64,000 bases of DNA from a candidate division FCPU426 bacterium (GCA_040756875.1 JBFLYH010000001.1:1372878-1436877), one strand, 5' to 3'; positions 20,293 through 30,822 are shown, counted from the stretch's first letter. Notes: generated by a model not told the origin, from the sequence alone. A program made the numbers and translations.

Positions 20293-22257
20293 TTACCAGT
20301 TGGTGGGCATGGCCTTGCGCGCCTTGTCCTTGTCCGCGCATTCGGCTTTCAAGGCCTGCAAGGTGGGGAAAAGCTTTTCCGCGGATGCAACCGTGGTGGC
20401 ATAGTCTTCGCTGCGCAGCAGCAACTTGATCTTGCCGAGCTCCTGCTTCAGTTCCGCCACTTGCTTGGGAAAATAGCGTTCTCCGTTCAGCGTATCAATG
20501 TCCAGCATCAACTTGACGGCCCGGCCATAAGCGCCGCGGGCGCGCTTGCGCAACCGTTGAACACGCGCGTCCAACGGAGCGGTCAGGGTAGCCTTTTCGG
20601 GGGCAGGCGTCACGGCCGGGACCGGCGCAGAATCCCGGGATTTTTCCGGCGCGGGCGCCGGCGGCGCTTTGACTTCTTCGGCTTCGGCTTTTTCCCTCCG
20701 GACGGCGCGGACCGCCAAACGCTCGGCTTCACGGCTAACCGCCTGGGAAATCGCCTGCACACGTTCGCTTTCCCCCACTGAAAGGTTTTCCTCGGCTAAG
20801 GCCAGTTGTTTCTGCAACGCCGAAAGTTCTTCGTCGAAATATTCCCGCACTCGCCGGTTTTTCCTGGCTGCCGAGAAGGCCGCCCGGGCGCGCTGCAAAC
20901 TCGAACCGGCCTCGCGCAAGGCTGCACGCCGGGCCACCAGCGCAGCCTCCCGTTCCTTGCGTTCCTGCTGTTGCTTTTGTTGTTCGGACAACACCTCGAG
21001 TTTCTTCTGCACGGACTGGAGCAACAGGGAGGCCTGGCTGTGGCGGGGGTCCAAGGTCTGCGCCTTGCGGTATTCCGAAGCGGCACTAAGCAGGTTACCC
21101 TCCTTTTCGAATTCCAACCCCTGGTCGATATGAATGCGGATTTCAGCCTGGCGTTTGAGGGTCTCATTCAGCGCCGTGATTTTTTGGCGCAGGGTTTGGT
21201 CATCCGGAACCATTTCCGCGGCTTCTTCCCACGCCTGCAACGCCGCCTGGGCGTCGCCTTCGCGGCGGTAGTCCTCGCCCTCCTCGATCAAGCGGTCGGC
21301 CAGCGCGCGGGCGTCATCCTCGGCGCTTTGGGAAGCTCCAAACGTGAATTGCAGGTTCAACAGATGCGTGACTCCGGCCTCGCTGAATCCCCCCAGAGGA
21401 ATGACGAGGGCGTATTCCACGCCCACGGACCACGCGGTTTGGGGCAGACGCAGGGTAAACCCTGCCGTGGCTTCGGAAAGCTCGCGGTCGCCCAGAGCCA
21501 GTCCCAAGCGGCTCGCGAAAATGCCGCGAACCCACCAGGCCTCCCCGCCCAGGGCCAGGCGATAGTGTCCGGACTGCGTCAGGGCTTCGAAGCCGGCCAG
21601 ATAATTTTCCTGCCTCCAGCCCGCACCGGCCCGCAACTGGAACGGGACGCGCGACTCGGCGCCGGACAACGAAAGGTTGGGCTGGTTCACGTTCGCCAAC
21701 GACAAACCAGCGGTGATTTCGTCCGTCAGATACATCAGCCCGCCCACGTCCACACCCACGGCCAGGGCCGACGTCCCGCCGTCGAAGTAGGGGTTCGCGG
21801 CAGTTGCAGCGGAATCCAGATAGCGCTGCTGCAGCAGTTTTAAAGCGATGCCGGCCATATAGCTTCCGGTTTCATCGAGCGCCAGGCCATATCCCAGGGC
21901 CCAAAGGTTTTCCTGATACATATCTTGTAAAGAGCGTTGAAACCACGAGGCGCCGATCGAACCGTAATCTTCCAGGGGTTGGATATACGATATCCTGCCC
22001 TCCGACAACACTCCGTCATTGAGTCCGGCCAGCAGACGCCCATAGCTGAGACCTGCCATCGGCGTCGGAATCTGCGCCATTCCCGCGGGGTTGGAAAAAA
22101 GCGCATCCGTGTCGTCAGCCAGGGCGCAGAACGCGCCAGCCATGCCCGCCGAACGGGCGCCGGGTTTTTCCAGCTCAAACCCCGCCTGCACGAGGCGCGG
22201 CCCGCAAAAAGCGGCCGTTCCGAACAGCAACAATGCCCAACCCCAGGAGGTTTTCAT
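20293..22257 (-). CDS. PorV/PorQ- or PorP/SprF-like outer-membrane beta-barrel fused to TPR and coiled-coil C-terminus
   Basis: Signal peptide; GARSAGMAGAFCALADD...NPAG; alternating beta strands to ~aa 305; TPR-like helices after that. Start overlaps the upstream stop (ATGA). Confidence 0.75.
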   Translation of the reverse strand: MKTSWGWALLLFGTAAFCGPRLVQAGFELEKPGARSAGMAGAFCALADDTDALFSNPAGMAQIPTPMAGLSYGRLLAGLNDGVLSEGRISYIQPLEDYGSIGASWFQRSLQDMYQENLWALGYGLALDETGSYMAGIALKLLQQRYLDSAATAANPYFDGGTSALAVGVDVGGLMYLTDEITAGLSLANVNQPNLSLSGAESRVPFQLRAGAGWRQENYLAGFEALTQSGHYRLALGGEAWWVRGIFASRLGLALGDRELSEATAGFTLRLPQTAWSVGVEYALVIPLGGFSEAGVTHLLNLQFTFGASQSAEDDARALADRLIEEGEDYRREGDAQAALQAWEEAAEMVPDDQTLRQKITALNETLKRQAEIRIHIDQGLEFEKEGNLLSAASEYRKAQTLDPRHSQASLLLQSVQKKLEVLSEQQKQQQERKEREAALVARRAALREAGSSLQRARAAFSAARKNRRVREYFDEELSALQKQLALAEENLSVGESERVQAISQAVSREAERLAVRAVRREKAEAEEVKAPPAPAPEKSRDSAPVPAVTPAPEKATLTAPLDARVQRLRKRARGAYGRAVKLMLDIDTLNGERYFPKQVAELKQELGKIKLLLRSEDYATTVASAEKLFPTLQALKAECADKDKARKAMPTNW

Positions 22258-23165
22258 CGCGCCAGCACCACTGCGGCCCGGTAGGTTCGATTCCCGGCCT
22301 GAATGACCAAGACATATATTCCGGCCGGCAAAGCTTTGCCCGCATCATCCCGGCCGTCCCAGCGCACGGTATAGTCCGGGATTTGGCCGCGCACCGTGCC
22401 TTCCGCGACACGCCTGCCGTTGAGCGAATAGACTTTGGCGTGTATCTCTCCCGCCGAAAGCTCGGATTGGAATACCGCCGCCAGTTCCCGGTTCAGGCTT
22501 CCATCCGGAGTGAATGTGCGCGTTAGCCATCTGACATTTCCCAACAAACCGGAAAAAGCAACCGTCGGCGGCGAGACATACGGAACCCGGGTGGGACTGA
22601 TGCTGGGCGTCGGCGAAATGGTGGGGGTGCGTGTAATCGTGAAAGTCGGCGTAACGGTGGCGGAAGGTGAAAAAGTCGGCGTGCGGCTGGGTGTGGGGCT
22701 GATGGTGCCGGTCGGGCTTTCCGTGGCCGTCTCGCTGATCGTGGGTGTAGCGGTCCGGGTGGCGCTCTCGGTGGGAGTAGTCGTGATGGAAAGCGTAGGG
22801 GAAATCGTCGGGGTTGGAGACTCGGTCGCAGTGTCCGTGGACGTCGGCGATTCGGTCAAAGTCGGGCTCAAGGTGGGAGTGGCTGAAAGAGTGGCTGTCC
22901 CGGTGATCGTAAACGTGCCTGTCGGCGTGGGAGAATCGGTCAGCGTCGGCGTGACAGTCGCGGTGGGTGTATCCGTCGGCGTGGAAGTCAGCGTGACAGT
23001 CTCGGTCGGGGTCGGCGAGTCCGTGGGTGTGTCAGTAAAAGTCGGCGTGTCCACGGCCGCCGCATACAAATTCGAAGCCGAAAAAACCGCCAAAGCACAC
23101 GCGACCATCACACTCAGCACACACCCTAATCGCAACATAGCCCCTCGCGTGAAGTGTTTTCGCAA
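22254..23165 (-). CDS. Secreted mucin-like Thr/Pro/Ser-rich protein with FlgD-Ig/type-B-like C-terminal domain
   Basis: Signal peptide (alternative ATG 23138), ~155 aa TPT-type repeats, then FTPDG...VYSLNGRRV...WDGRDDAGKALPAGIYV. Confidence 0.75.
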   Translation of the reverse strand: MRKHFTRGAMLRLGCVLSVMVACALAVFSASNLYAAAVDTPTFTDTPTDSPTPTETVTLTSTPTDTPTATVTPTLTDSPTPTGTFTITGTATLSATPTLSPTLTESPTSTDTATESPTPTISPTLSITTTPTESATRTATPTISETATESPTGTISPTPSRTPTFSPSATVTPTFTITRTPTISPTPSISPTRVPYVSPPTVAFSGLLGNVRWLTRTFTPDGSLNRELAAVFQSELSAGEIHAKVYSLNGRRVAEGTVRGQIPDYTVRWDGRDDAGKALPAGIYVLVIQAGNRTYRAAVVLAR

Positions 23166-23207
23166 GTATTGATCTTACGAATTAACCTCTTGGATTTCAA
23201 TGTTTTT

Positions 23208-23236
23208 TTAGACCGGACGCCAAGGGGAACCTTGCT
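23208..23236 (-). promoter_or_regulatory. ECF-type promoter candidate (weak -35)
   Basis: AGCAAG-N17-GTCTAA. Confidence 0.45.
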
Positions 23237-24477
23237 TACTTCACCAGCGCAACCTTTTTCTTTTCGCTTCGGACAATGCCACCCTGCTGGTTGGAAATCC
23301 TGATCGTCAGCAGATAAATCCCGGGCGCGGCTTCCGGCGCATTCCAGACGCAGGTCAGCATCTGTCCACTGCCGCCATCCCGGGACTCCAGGATGTGCGC
23401 CACCCTTTCCCCGCACATATTGTAAATATCCACTGCCACTTGAACCTGCCCCTCGGCCGGATAGGCGATCACCACCCGGTTACGGGCCGGATTGGGATAG
23501 ACGGTCGTTTCACTCAAACGCAGAAGCGGGGAGGGCGTGGCGGTCATCGTCGCCGTCACGGTGGGAGTCCCCGTATCCGCAGGGGTCGGCGTCACGGTGA
23601 ATGAAGGCGTGACCGTGGGCGTCGGTGATAGGGTCGGAGTGTCGGTCCAGGTGCCGGTGGCAGTGAGCGTCGGCGTCATCGTCAGCGTCGGCGAAGCTGT
23701 CGCGGTAAATGTCACGGTCAGGGTCGGGGTCGCGGTCGGCGTGGCAGTGGAAGTTTCAGTAGCCGTAGAAGTCGGCGTAACGGTCTGGGTTGGAGTCGAA
23801 GTCAGGGTGACGGTCGGGGTGAGGGTCGGCGTGGGCGTGGGAGGCGGCATGCGCACCGTGACGTAATCCACGACAAAGTAGGTGCTGCCAAAACCCTCGG
23901 CCGTCAGTTGCACGCGGAAAGTGTGCCCCGGGCCGATCCACCCCATGATCGAGGCATAATTAAGGATGAATGTCCCGGTTGTGCTTGTGCTGGAGACAAG
24001 GTCCCGATACTGCCAGGCCCCGTTGATTTCCTGGATGCCAACCTTCCATGTCATGGATGGCGAGAGCGAGGTCACGCGGATCTCAATGTGCGTGAAAACA
24101 CTGGTGTTTGGAGAAAGGAGCGGAGAAAGCACCTTGCCCCAGGTGCTGTCCGCTGTCCGCGTCACGGCCGCTTGCGAAACCAGGCAGGAGTAGGAAATAT
24201 GCGCATTGAACAGCGGATCGTCGCTTTCATCCTGCCAGCCTGCAGGCTGTGCACCCGGCGGTCCTGCATCAAAGTCGTCCCGCCAGTATTCATAAGTCGG
24301 CGTATTGGTCGGAGTGGGCGTGCTGGTGGAGGTGCAGGTGTGAGTTGATGTCGCCGTCAGGGTAGGTGTGTCTGTCGGGGAGGCGGCCCAAAGCCCCTCT
24401 CCTTGGGCCAACAAAACCAGCCACAGGCCGGCCGGTATCATAAGGGTGTGCTGCATTACCCTTTTCATGGGCATCAA
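23236..24477 (-). CDS. Secreted protein: one repeated module + Thr/Pro linkers + T9SS type-A-like CTD
   Basis: Signal peptide; WRDDF..QPAGWQDE...TRTADSTWGKVLSP module; YPNP...GERVA...PGIY...KKVALVK. Confidence 0.8.
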   Translation of the reverse strand: MMPMKRVMQHTLMIPAGLWLVLLAQGEGLWAASPTDTPTLTATSTHTCTSTSTPTPTNTPTYEYWRDDFDAGPPGAQPAGWQDESDDPLFNAHISYSCLVSQAAVTRTADSTWGKVLSPLLSPNTSVFTHIEIRVTSLSPSMTWKVGIQEINGAWQYRDLVSSTSTTGTFILNYASIMGWIGPGHTFRVQLTAEGFGSTYFVVDYVTVRMPPPTPTPTLTPTVTLTSTPTQTVTPTSTATETSTATPTATPTLTVTFTATASPTLTMTPTLTATGTWTDTPTLSPTPTVTPSFTVTPTPADTGTPTVTATMTATPSPLLRLSETTVYPNPARNRVVIAYPAEGQVQVAVDIYNMCGERVAHILESRDGGSGQMLTCVWNAPEAAPGIYLLTIRISNQQGGIVRSEKKKVALVK

Positions 24478-24507
24478 CAGCCAGTTGCAACGAATACCGT
24501 TAACTTT

Positions 24508-24536
24508 TCAGACTATGCTTGACTCCTTTCTTTTCA
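24508..24536 (-). promoter_or_regulatory. ECF-type promoter candidate
   Basis: TGAAAA-N17-GTCTGA. Confidence 0.45.
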
Positions 24537-24661
24537 AAGAAAAACCACGTCTGATTCCCGGCCTTCTCATCATTCTAATTATATCACTGTTTCGAACGGA
24601 TCGTTCCCGGAAAAAGGCTTGTTTTACAAGGCGTTCTTCAGGCATGGCATCTACCAGGCTT

Positions 24662-27600
24662 TTATCGGATAATAGCGACCTTTTTAGTTTCAGAAAAAAC
24701 GATTCTTCCGTTCGCGTCAAGTATCCTGATCCGAGCTAAATACACCCCTGGCGCCTGGTCCGAACAATTCCAGAGCAGGGTCATGGTCTGCCCCCGGCCA
24801 GCCTGTTGATTCTCGATCAAATGCGCCACGCGCTCTCCTGCCAACTGGTAAATATCAATGGTGACCGTATAATTGCCGCTGCGGGTATAAGCGAAGGTCG
24901 TCCGGTTACGGGCCGGGTTGGGATAGACCATGACCCGGCCTGCCTCCAGCCAGGGCGTAGGCGAAGGCGTGGCTGTGTTCAGCGTGCCGGCACCGATCGC
25001 GTTGTCAGGCGTGGGGCTGATGGTGAAGGTCGGAGTGGGCGTGGGCGGCAAGGCATAGATTCTCACTGAATCAGCCAGTAAATAACTGCCCGGGCTTCCT
25101 TCCAGCGTCAGTTGGATAAAAAAACTCTGGCTGCCGCTGCGACCCATGACCGTGGGAATGTCGAACACAAAACTTCCGGTCTGGGAGGTCAACGGCATGA
25201 GCGTCCAGAAGGACCACGCCCCGCCGTTTTCCTGGATGCCCGCGTTCCACACTGCGCCGGGCGAGAGGCCGAGCACCCGGAGTTCCAGCCGGTTATACTG
25301 GGAAACATTGCACGTTAAAGCCGGAGAAAGCACCTTGCCCCAGGTGTCGTCCGCCGTGCGGGTAAGCGCGGCGCAGGACGGCGAGGCAGAGTAGGCCAGA
25401 TGACAATCAAAGGCCGGGTTCTCGCTTTCATCGCTCCACCCCGGCGGTTGCACCCAAAACGTCCCGTTGAAGTCCTCCAGCCAGAAGGTGTCGGCCGGCG
25501 TCGGACTCGGGGTCGGCCGGTTGCCGTTCACCACGCTGACGTTTTCGACCAGCACCCAGGAGTTGTCCAACGAAAACTGGCTTTCCACACCGCCGACCGC
25601 CACGGTGAAATACTGGAGCCCACTTTGCAGGGAGAGCGGCAGGTAGTGGCGTAGATTGAATTTGAAAGCCCCCTTCACCGGGGAATCATAGTGCATGCGG
25701 ACCGAATACCCGCTGGGAGTGTTGCTTAAAAAGGCGTACCATTTTCCATAGAGGTCTTTGATATCGATGCGCAGGTCAGCCTCCTGGTCCATGTCAACGC
25801 TGAACGGGTAAATTTTTTCGATCGAGCCGTACCCGTAAGGCTCAGCCCCGCGATACAGGTCATAGATCCTGACCCCATTCTCCAGCGGCGCAAACTGGGC
25901 GCGATTATAAACCGGCGTCCACTGGGCGGTGACGCCCGGCAGCTGGGTGTTGAGCATGATCTGCTCGCCCCCCGCAGCCGGAGGCACCACGGTCCAGGGG
26001 TCGGACGGCCGGGGCACTGGTCCCGGGTTTTTCAGGTTGCTGCCTGTGTAAGCAGTGGCGTTCACCTCGGCCCCGGACCGCAGCAGTCCGGCCGCCGTGA
26101 ACAGCCCCATCAAATGCGGCGTCCCGTCTTGTTCGGTGTCGTTGAGCAGCCACACCAGCCCGCCCGCGAGGTCGGTCTGGTAGATGCTGTCCCAGACATG
26201 GGTGAAATAGTCGCTCACTTCCGCCGCCGGCGGGCTGAGGTTGAAATCCATCCCAAACTCTTCAAACAGTATGGGTTTAACCTGGCCTAATGATTGCATC
26301 AGGGTTCTGGCTTGCATGGCCGCGCCGATATAAGCGTCCCTGCGGTCGTAATAGTGAATGGTCACCACATCCACAGGCGCCAGATCCAGGCTGCGCAGGC
26401 TGTCCGGCCAGGCCGTAGCCGCTATCACCAAATGATTGGGATCCAGGCTCTGCATATACCCCGCCAGATCCTGGTGCCAATCCAAGGCGTACGGATGAGC
26501 TGTCAAATCACCGTTAACCAGCGCCACATAGACATCCAACTCGTTGGTGACGCCCCACCCTAAAATGCGGTCGTCGTCCCGGAACCGCTCCAGAATGAGG
26601 CGCACATGGTTCTTTTGGTCCGTTCGGGTCGCGGGAGAATAATTCCGCGTATAGGGGAAAAACGTGAATTCCACTTTCAACCCCGCTTTGTCCGCAAAGT
26701 ACAGGAATTGTTCCATGCGGGCCAACATCTCGGGCTTGACCGCGGCCCCGCCGAATTCATCATAATGGATGAACGTGCGGATGGTGTTGAATCCCAGGCC
26801 GGTCGCGCGGCTCAGCTCGGTTTCGATCATGGCTTGATCCCATTCCACCCACATCTTTTGCCAGCCGTGCGCCGAGGGATAGTAATTGGCCCCTTTGATT
26901 TTAACGATCGTTCCCTGCAACTCCAATTGTTCGGGGTCCGCGCCGCTGACCCGGACGAAATCACCGGCCGCCGCCTGGCGGCGGTTCCCGAATACCCGCA
27001 CACTCTCCACCGTGATTTGTTCGCCCGCCGCCCCTTCCACGGTAATTTGCACCACGATATCCTTTTCGCCGGACCAGCCGATGATCTGGGCGTAATCAAA
27101 CTCGAAAACCCCGTCCGTGGTCTGACTGGCGCATAAATCCCAGTAATTTGAAGTCCCATTTTCCAAAATGCCCACTTTCCACGAAACCGCGGAAGAAAAG
27201 CTGCTGACATTGATCTCCAGGCGGTTATAGGCGTTGACATCACAGCGAATGGGCGAGGACAACACCTTGCCCCAGACATCCTCCGCAGTGCGCACGATTG
27301 CAGCCGACGAAACGCCGCTGTAGTTTATCTCGGCGTTGAAAGTCGCATCATCCGTTTCATCGAACCAATTGGAGGGCTGGAGGCCTGCGGTGCCGGTAAA
27401 ATCCTCATGCCATATGTCCGCCGTCAGGGCGCTGGGCGTGGGGGTACGGGTCGGCGTTGAAGTCGGCCCGTCGGGCGTGAAGCTTGGGGTGGGCGTGGGG
27501 CTGGCCGTCGGAGTGGGTGGAGCCGAACGCACGCTCACATAATCCGCCACCAGATACTTCCCCACACCTCCCTCCACGGTCAATTGAACGTAAAAATCCT

Positions 27601-28162
27601 TCGTGCCGCTCCATCCCATGGCTGAAGCATAGGGATATATGAAAGTTCCGATCTGGCTCTGGCTCGCGCACAGGCTTTGGTACGTCCAGGAACCCCCATA
27701 TTCCTGTATACCGATCTTCCAGGTGGTGGTCGGTGAAAGCCCGGCGATCTTGACTTCTACATAACCAAACTGGCTGGTATCGCAATGCAAAAGCGGCGAA
27801 AAAACCTTGCCCCAGACATCTTCGGCGGTCCTGGTTACCGCGGCCAGGGACGGTTGAAAGGAATAAGCTATTTCTGCATTGTAGGTATTGACATCCGTTT
27901 CGTCCTGCCATCCGGCCGGTTGTAGTCCGGGTGTACCTCCGTTAAAATCATCCCGCCAGAATTCAATCACCGGTGTGGCGGTCGGGGAGGGCGTGAGGGT
28001 AAACGTTACGGTTGCGGTGGGAGAAGGTGTCTGGGTATCCGTATCTGTCGGAGTAAACGTAGGGGAGGCTGCCATGACGGTGTTGAAAATGCAAAAAAAC
28101 ATCACTATGTTAAAAGTAATGATTCCTGCCCACGTTCTCTGCTTCCCAGGCATGACAGCCAT
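24662..28162 (-). CDS. Secreted clan GH-A (GH5-like) glycoside hydrolase with 3 repeated modules and T9SS-like CTD
   Basis: KGANYYP, LGFNTIRTF, WGVTNELD (acid/base), TIHYY, KPILFEEFG (nucleophile); YPNP...KKVAIIR. Confidence 0.8.
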   Translation of the reverse strand: MAVMPGKQRTWAGIITFNIVMFFCIFNTVMAASPTFTPTDTDTQTPSPTATVTFTLTPSPTATPVIEFWRDDFNGGTPGLQPAGWQDETDVNTYNAEIAYSFQPSLAAVTRTAEDVWGKVFSPLLHCDTSQFGYVEVKIAGLSPTTTWKIGIQEYGGSWTYQSLCASQSQIGTFIYPYASAMGWSGTKDFYVQLTVEGGVGKYLVADYVSVRSAPPTPTASPTPTPSFTPDGPTSTPTRTPTPSALTADIWHEDFTGTAGLQPSNWFDETDDATFNAEINYSGVSSAAIVRTAEDVWGKVLSSPIRCDVNAYNRLEINVSSFSSAVSWKVGILENGTSNYWDLCASQTTDGVFEFDYAQIIGWSGEKDIVVQITVEGAAGEQITVESVRVFGNRRQAAAGDFVRVSGADPEQLELQGTIVKIKGANYYPSAHGWQKMWVEWDQAMIETELSRATGLGFNTIRTFIHYDEFGGAAVKPEMLARMEQFLYFADKAGLKVEFTFFPYTRNYSPATRTDQKNHVRLILERFRDDDRILGWGVTNELDVYVALVNGDLTAHPYALDWHQDLAGYMQSLDPNHLVIAATAWPDSLRSLDLAPVDVVTIHYYDRRDAYIGAAMQARTLMQSLGQVKPILFEEFGMDFNLSPPAAEVSDYFTHVWDSIYQTDLAGGLVWLLNDTEQDGTPHLMGLFTAAGLLRSGAEVNATAYTGSNLKNPGPVPRPSDPWTVVPPAAGGEQIMLNTQLPGVTAQWTPVYNRAQFAPLENGVRIYDLYRGAEPYGYGSIEKIYPFSVDMDQEADLRIDIKDLYGKWYAFLSNTPSGYSVRMHYDSPVKGAFKFNLRHYLPLSLQSGLQYFTVAVGGVESQFSLDNSWVLVENVSVVNGNRPTPSPTPADTFWLEDFNGTFWVQPPGWSDESENPAFDCHLAYSASPSCAALTRTADDTWGKVLSPALTCNVSQYNRLELRVLGLSPGAVWNAGIQENGGAWSFWTLMPLTSQTGSFVFDIPTVMGRSGSQSFFIQLTLEGSPGSYLLADSVRIYALPPTPTPTFTISPTPDNAIGAGTLNTATPSPTPWLEAGRVMVYPNPARNRTTFAYTRSGNYTVTIDIYQLAGERVAHLIENQQAGRGQTMTLLWNCSDQAPGVYLARIRILDANGRIVFSETKKVAIIR

Positions 28163-28243
28163 AAACCCCCCAGAAGTCTGACGACTCTGGCTAACCCCTG
28201 CTTATATTGTATCCTTAAAAATCCCTATAAACACTATCTATAT

Positions 28244-28272
28244 TTAGACTAGCTCATTTAGCTAATATTTCC
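28244..28272 (-). promoter_or_regulatory. ECF (RpoE-like) promoter
   Basis: GGAAAT-N17-GTCTAA. Confidence 0.7.
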
Positions 28273-28280
28273 GTTTTTCC

Positions 28281-28320
28281 AAATAAAAAGGGGGGCAGAG
28301 GTTATCCCTCCGCCCCCCCC
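28281..28320 (-). terminator. Intrinsic terminator after 28339..30822
   Basis: GGGGGGCGGAGG/CCTCTGCCCCCC stem followed by TTTTTATTT. Confidence 0.8.
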
Positions 28321-28338
28321 TAAAGGCACAAACATAGT

Positions 28339-30822
28339 TTATTTGATAATAGCGACTTTTTTCTTCTCTTTCATAAGCACCTGTCCGCCTGCATCCGTGA
28401 TTACAATCCGGCATAAATATACGCCCGGCGCCACGTTCACCGCATCCCAGGCAGTCCTCAACGTCTGGCCGGTTCCGCCGTTTACCGTTTCCGTGACCGA
28501 AGCCACCCGTTCACCCGCCAGCGTAAAGATATCGATGGTTACTTTCCCCGCGCCGGGCACGGTGTAGGCAAAAAACACTTTGCCTTTGGCCGGGTTGGGA
28601 TAGGGCAAGACCTGGTTGGCAGCCACGAAAGGCGTGGCCGTCGGGGTGGCGGTCGGCGTGGGGGTATTCATTGCCAGTTGCGCGGTTGGCTCAGGCGTGG
28701 GGGTCAAGGTCAGGGTTGGAACGGGTGTGGAGGTTGCCGAAAAAGTTGGAGTCGCGGGTATGTAGATGGCGCCTAGTACGGTCTCTTCGCCGCCCACACG
28801 CACCCAATCCACTTCCACGGCCTTGCCCGGCGCACCCTCCACGGTCAGCTGGACGCGGAAGGCGTGCGTACCACTCCATCCTGTTGCGGTTGCGTAATTA
28901 TACTTGTATGTTCCGGTTCCGGTCTGACTTCCGCTGAGGTTGTAGTAGGTCCAACTGCCCTCAGCCTCCTGGATGCCGACTTTCCAGCTGGCGTCGACGC
29001 TCACCGAAGCCACGGCTACCTCCACATAGCTATATACCGAAACATTGCAGTTGATGACCGGCGAAAGCACTTTGCCCCATTCACCCTCGGCGGTGCGCGT
29101 TACCGCGGCCAGTGAGCTGACCGCGGAGTAAGCGATTTCGGCGTTGAAATTGGCGTCATCCGTTTCGTCCATCCAGTTCGCGGGTTGTTGCCCCTGGGTG
29201 CCCGCAAAATTCTCGAAATACGCATTGCTCGGTGTCGGAGTGGGAGTGGGCGTTATGGTCGGCGTGGGGGTGGGCGAGGGCATGCCTTCACGGTGAATCC
29301 GCACCTGGTCAAACGTGACAACGCAATTGCCGCCCTCGGAAATCAGTTCCACCCCCAGGTTTTTCACCCCGCTCCAGCCGGAGGCGGTCGGGATGTCGAA
29401 GGAATAGGTGCCCGGCGCCGCCAGCGAACCGCTGCAGACATGCTCCTCCCACCCGCCGGCCTGGCTGAACACCGCGATCTTGGCCGTGCCGCCCGAAATG
29501 GCCGAGATCGTCACCTCCAGAGTGCTGTACAGGTTCAAATTCACATCCGCAGAATAGGACAGCACTTTGCCCCACTCCTGGCCGGAGACCGTGGTCACTT
29601 CGGCCAGGCTGTCTGTGGCCGCGTAGGCGATCTGGGCGTTCATGCCGCCGTCGTCCGATTCATCGTACCATCCTGCCGGCTGCGCCCCCTGCGAGCCGCC
29701 GGAGAAGTGCTGGTTCCAGAACAGGGGGTTGTTTTCCCACCAGTCGATCCGGTCGCCCCCGAACGTGGGCGCGACGACATCGGCATCGCCATCCCCGTCC
29801 ACGTCAGCGGTTATCACATCAATCACGCCCCCGTAATTGTCATCGATGACATGGGCGGTGATATTTTCGGAGCCGTCGTTCTCCCACCAGACGATGTCAC
29901 AGGAATCCTTGGCGCAGCCGACCACATCCAGGTCCCCGTCATTGTCCATGTCGGCCGCCAGGACGGATTGCGCTCCGTCGAAGCCGGTGGCGATGACATG
30001 TTTGGTAAAACTCATCGACAGGTTGTTCTCATACCACGCAACCGTATCCTGCCCTTCGGAAGCCGCCAAAATGTCCACGTCGTTGTCCTGGTCCAAATCC
30101 ACAGCCACCACATCCGTAGGATCGATAAAATTCGAGTCGACTACCCTCTCGGTATATTTATCGAGAGAAGGGTCGTATTCAAGGACCAAAATGTCCTCGA
30201 CATCAACTGCGCCTGCAATGACATCAATATCCCCGTCATTGTCCATATCACCGGCGTCGATGAAATAAGTATACTTCGGATTGACGAAGACGTTTTTTTC
30301 AACAAAGCCGCCGGAGCCGTTGTTGATCCATTTGATAATATCGCCCTGGTATATCTTGCTGCAGAGCACGTCCAGATCATTGTCCAGGTCCAAATCCTTG
30401 ACCCTTATCTTTTTGATCCAGGCAAATTCCGGGTATGGCTCCGAGGTCATGTTGTGGTGGGTGAAATTCTCCGAGCCGTCGTTCTCCAGCCACATGGAAC
30501 GGCTGCCGCCGACGGCAATATCCACATCCCCGTCCCCGTCCAAATCGCCGGCACTGACCGTATCATCATACTTGATATTTGTCCCGGCCGTATGCCTGAT
30601 AAAATTGCCGACACCGTCATTTTCCCACCAATAAACCGTTTGCTCCACAATGCCAATAATGTCCATATCGCCGTCAGTATCCAAATCCGCAGCGCAAATT
30701 TCCAAAGGTCCATCGACGCTATCCTCGACTTCGCGTTTTTGAAAGTCACTGCTCCAAGCCAAGGATTGCAGTAAAAGCAAGGCCGCACCCAACATGCCGT
30801 ACCGGACGATTGAATTGCGCAT
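28339..30822 (-). CDS. Secreted FG-GAP/VCBS beta-propeller protein with 2 repeated modules and T9SS-like CTD
   Basis: Seven D(L/M/V)D.DxD.D...W.EN-type blades; two modules; YPNP...KKVAIIK. Confidence 0.82.
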   Translation of the reverse strand: MRNSIVRYGMLGAALLLLQSLAWSSDFQKREVEDSVDGPLEICAADLDTDGDMDIIGIVEQTVYWWENDGVGNFIRHTAGTNIKYDDTVSAGDLDGDGDVDIAVGGSRSMWLENDGSENFTHHNMTSEPYPEFAWIKKIRVKDLDLDNDLDVLCSKIYQGDIIKWINNGSGGFVEKNVFVNPKYTYFIDAGDMDNDGDIDVIAGAVDVEDILVLEYDPSLDKYTERVVDSNFIDPTDVVAVDLDQDNDVDILAASEGQDTVAWYENNLSMSFTKHVIATGFDGAQSVLAADMDNDGDLDVVGCAKDSCDIVWWENDGSENITAHVIDDNYGGVIDVITADVDGDGDADVVAPTFGGDRIDWWENNPLFWNQHFSGGSQGAQPAGWYDESDDGGMNAQIAYAATDSLAEVTTVSGQEWGKVLSYSADVNLNLYSTLEVTISAISGGTAKIAVFSQAGGWEEHVCSGSLAAPGTYSFDIPTASGWSGVKNLGVELISEGGNCVVTFDQVRIHREGMPSPTPTPTITPTPTPTPSNAYFENFAGTQGQQPANWMDETDDANFNAEIAYSAVSSLAAVTRTAEGEWGKVLSPVINCNVSVYSYVEVAVASVSVDASWKVGIQEAEGSWTYYNLSGSQTGTGTYKYNYATATGWSGTHAFRVQLTVEGAPGKAVEVDWVRVGGEETVLGAIYIPATPTFSATSTPVPTLTLTPTPEPTAQLAMNTPTPTATPTATPFVAANQVLPYPNPAKGKVFFAYTVPGAGKVTIDIFTLAGERVASVTETVNGGTGQTLRTAWDAVNVAPGVYLCRIVITDAGGQVLMKEKKKVAIIK

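Noticed and set aside
24508-24720. Small ORFs in the 24478-24661 intergenic region
   Set aside because: They overlap the upstream gene end or promoter motif, and have no RBS or recognisable features.
28231-28246. ACACTATCTATATTTA as an NrdR box
   Set aside because: Poor match to the palindromic second half, single copy, and no ribonucleotide reductase gene nearby.
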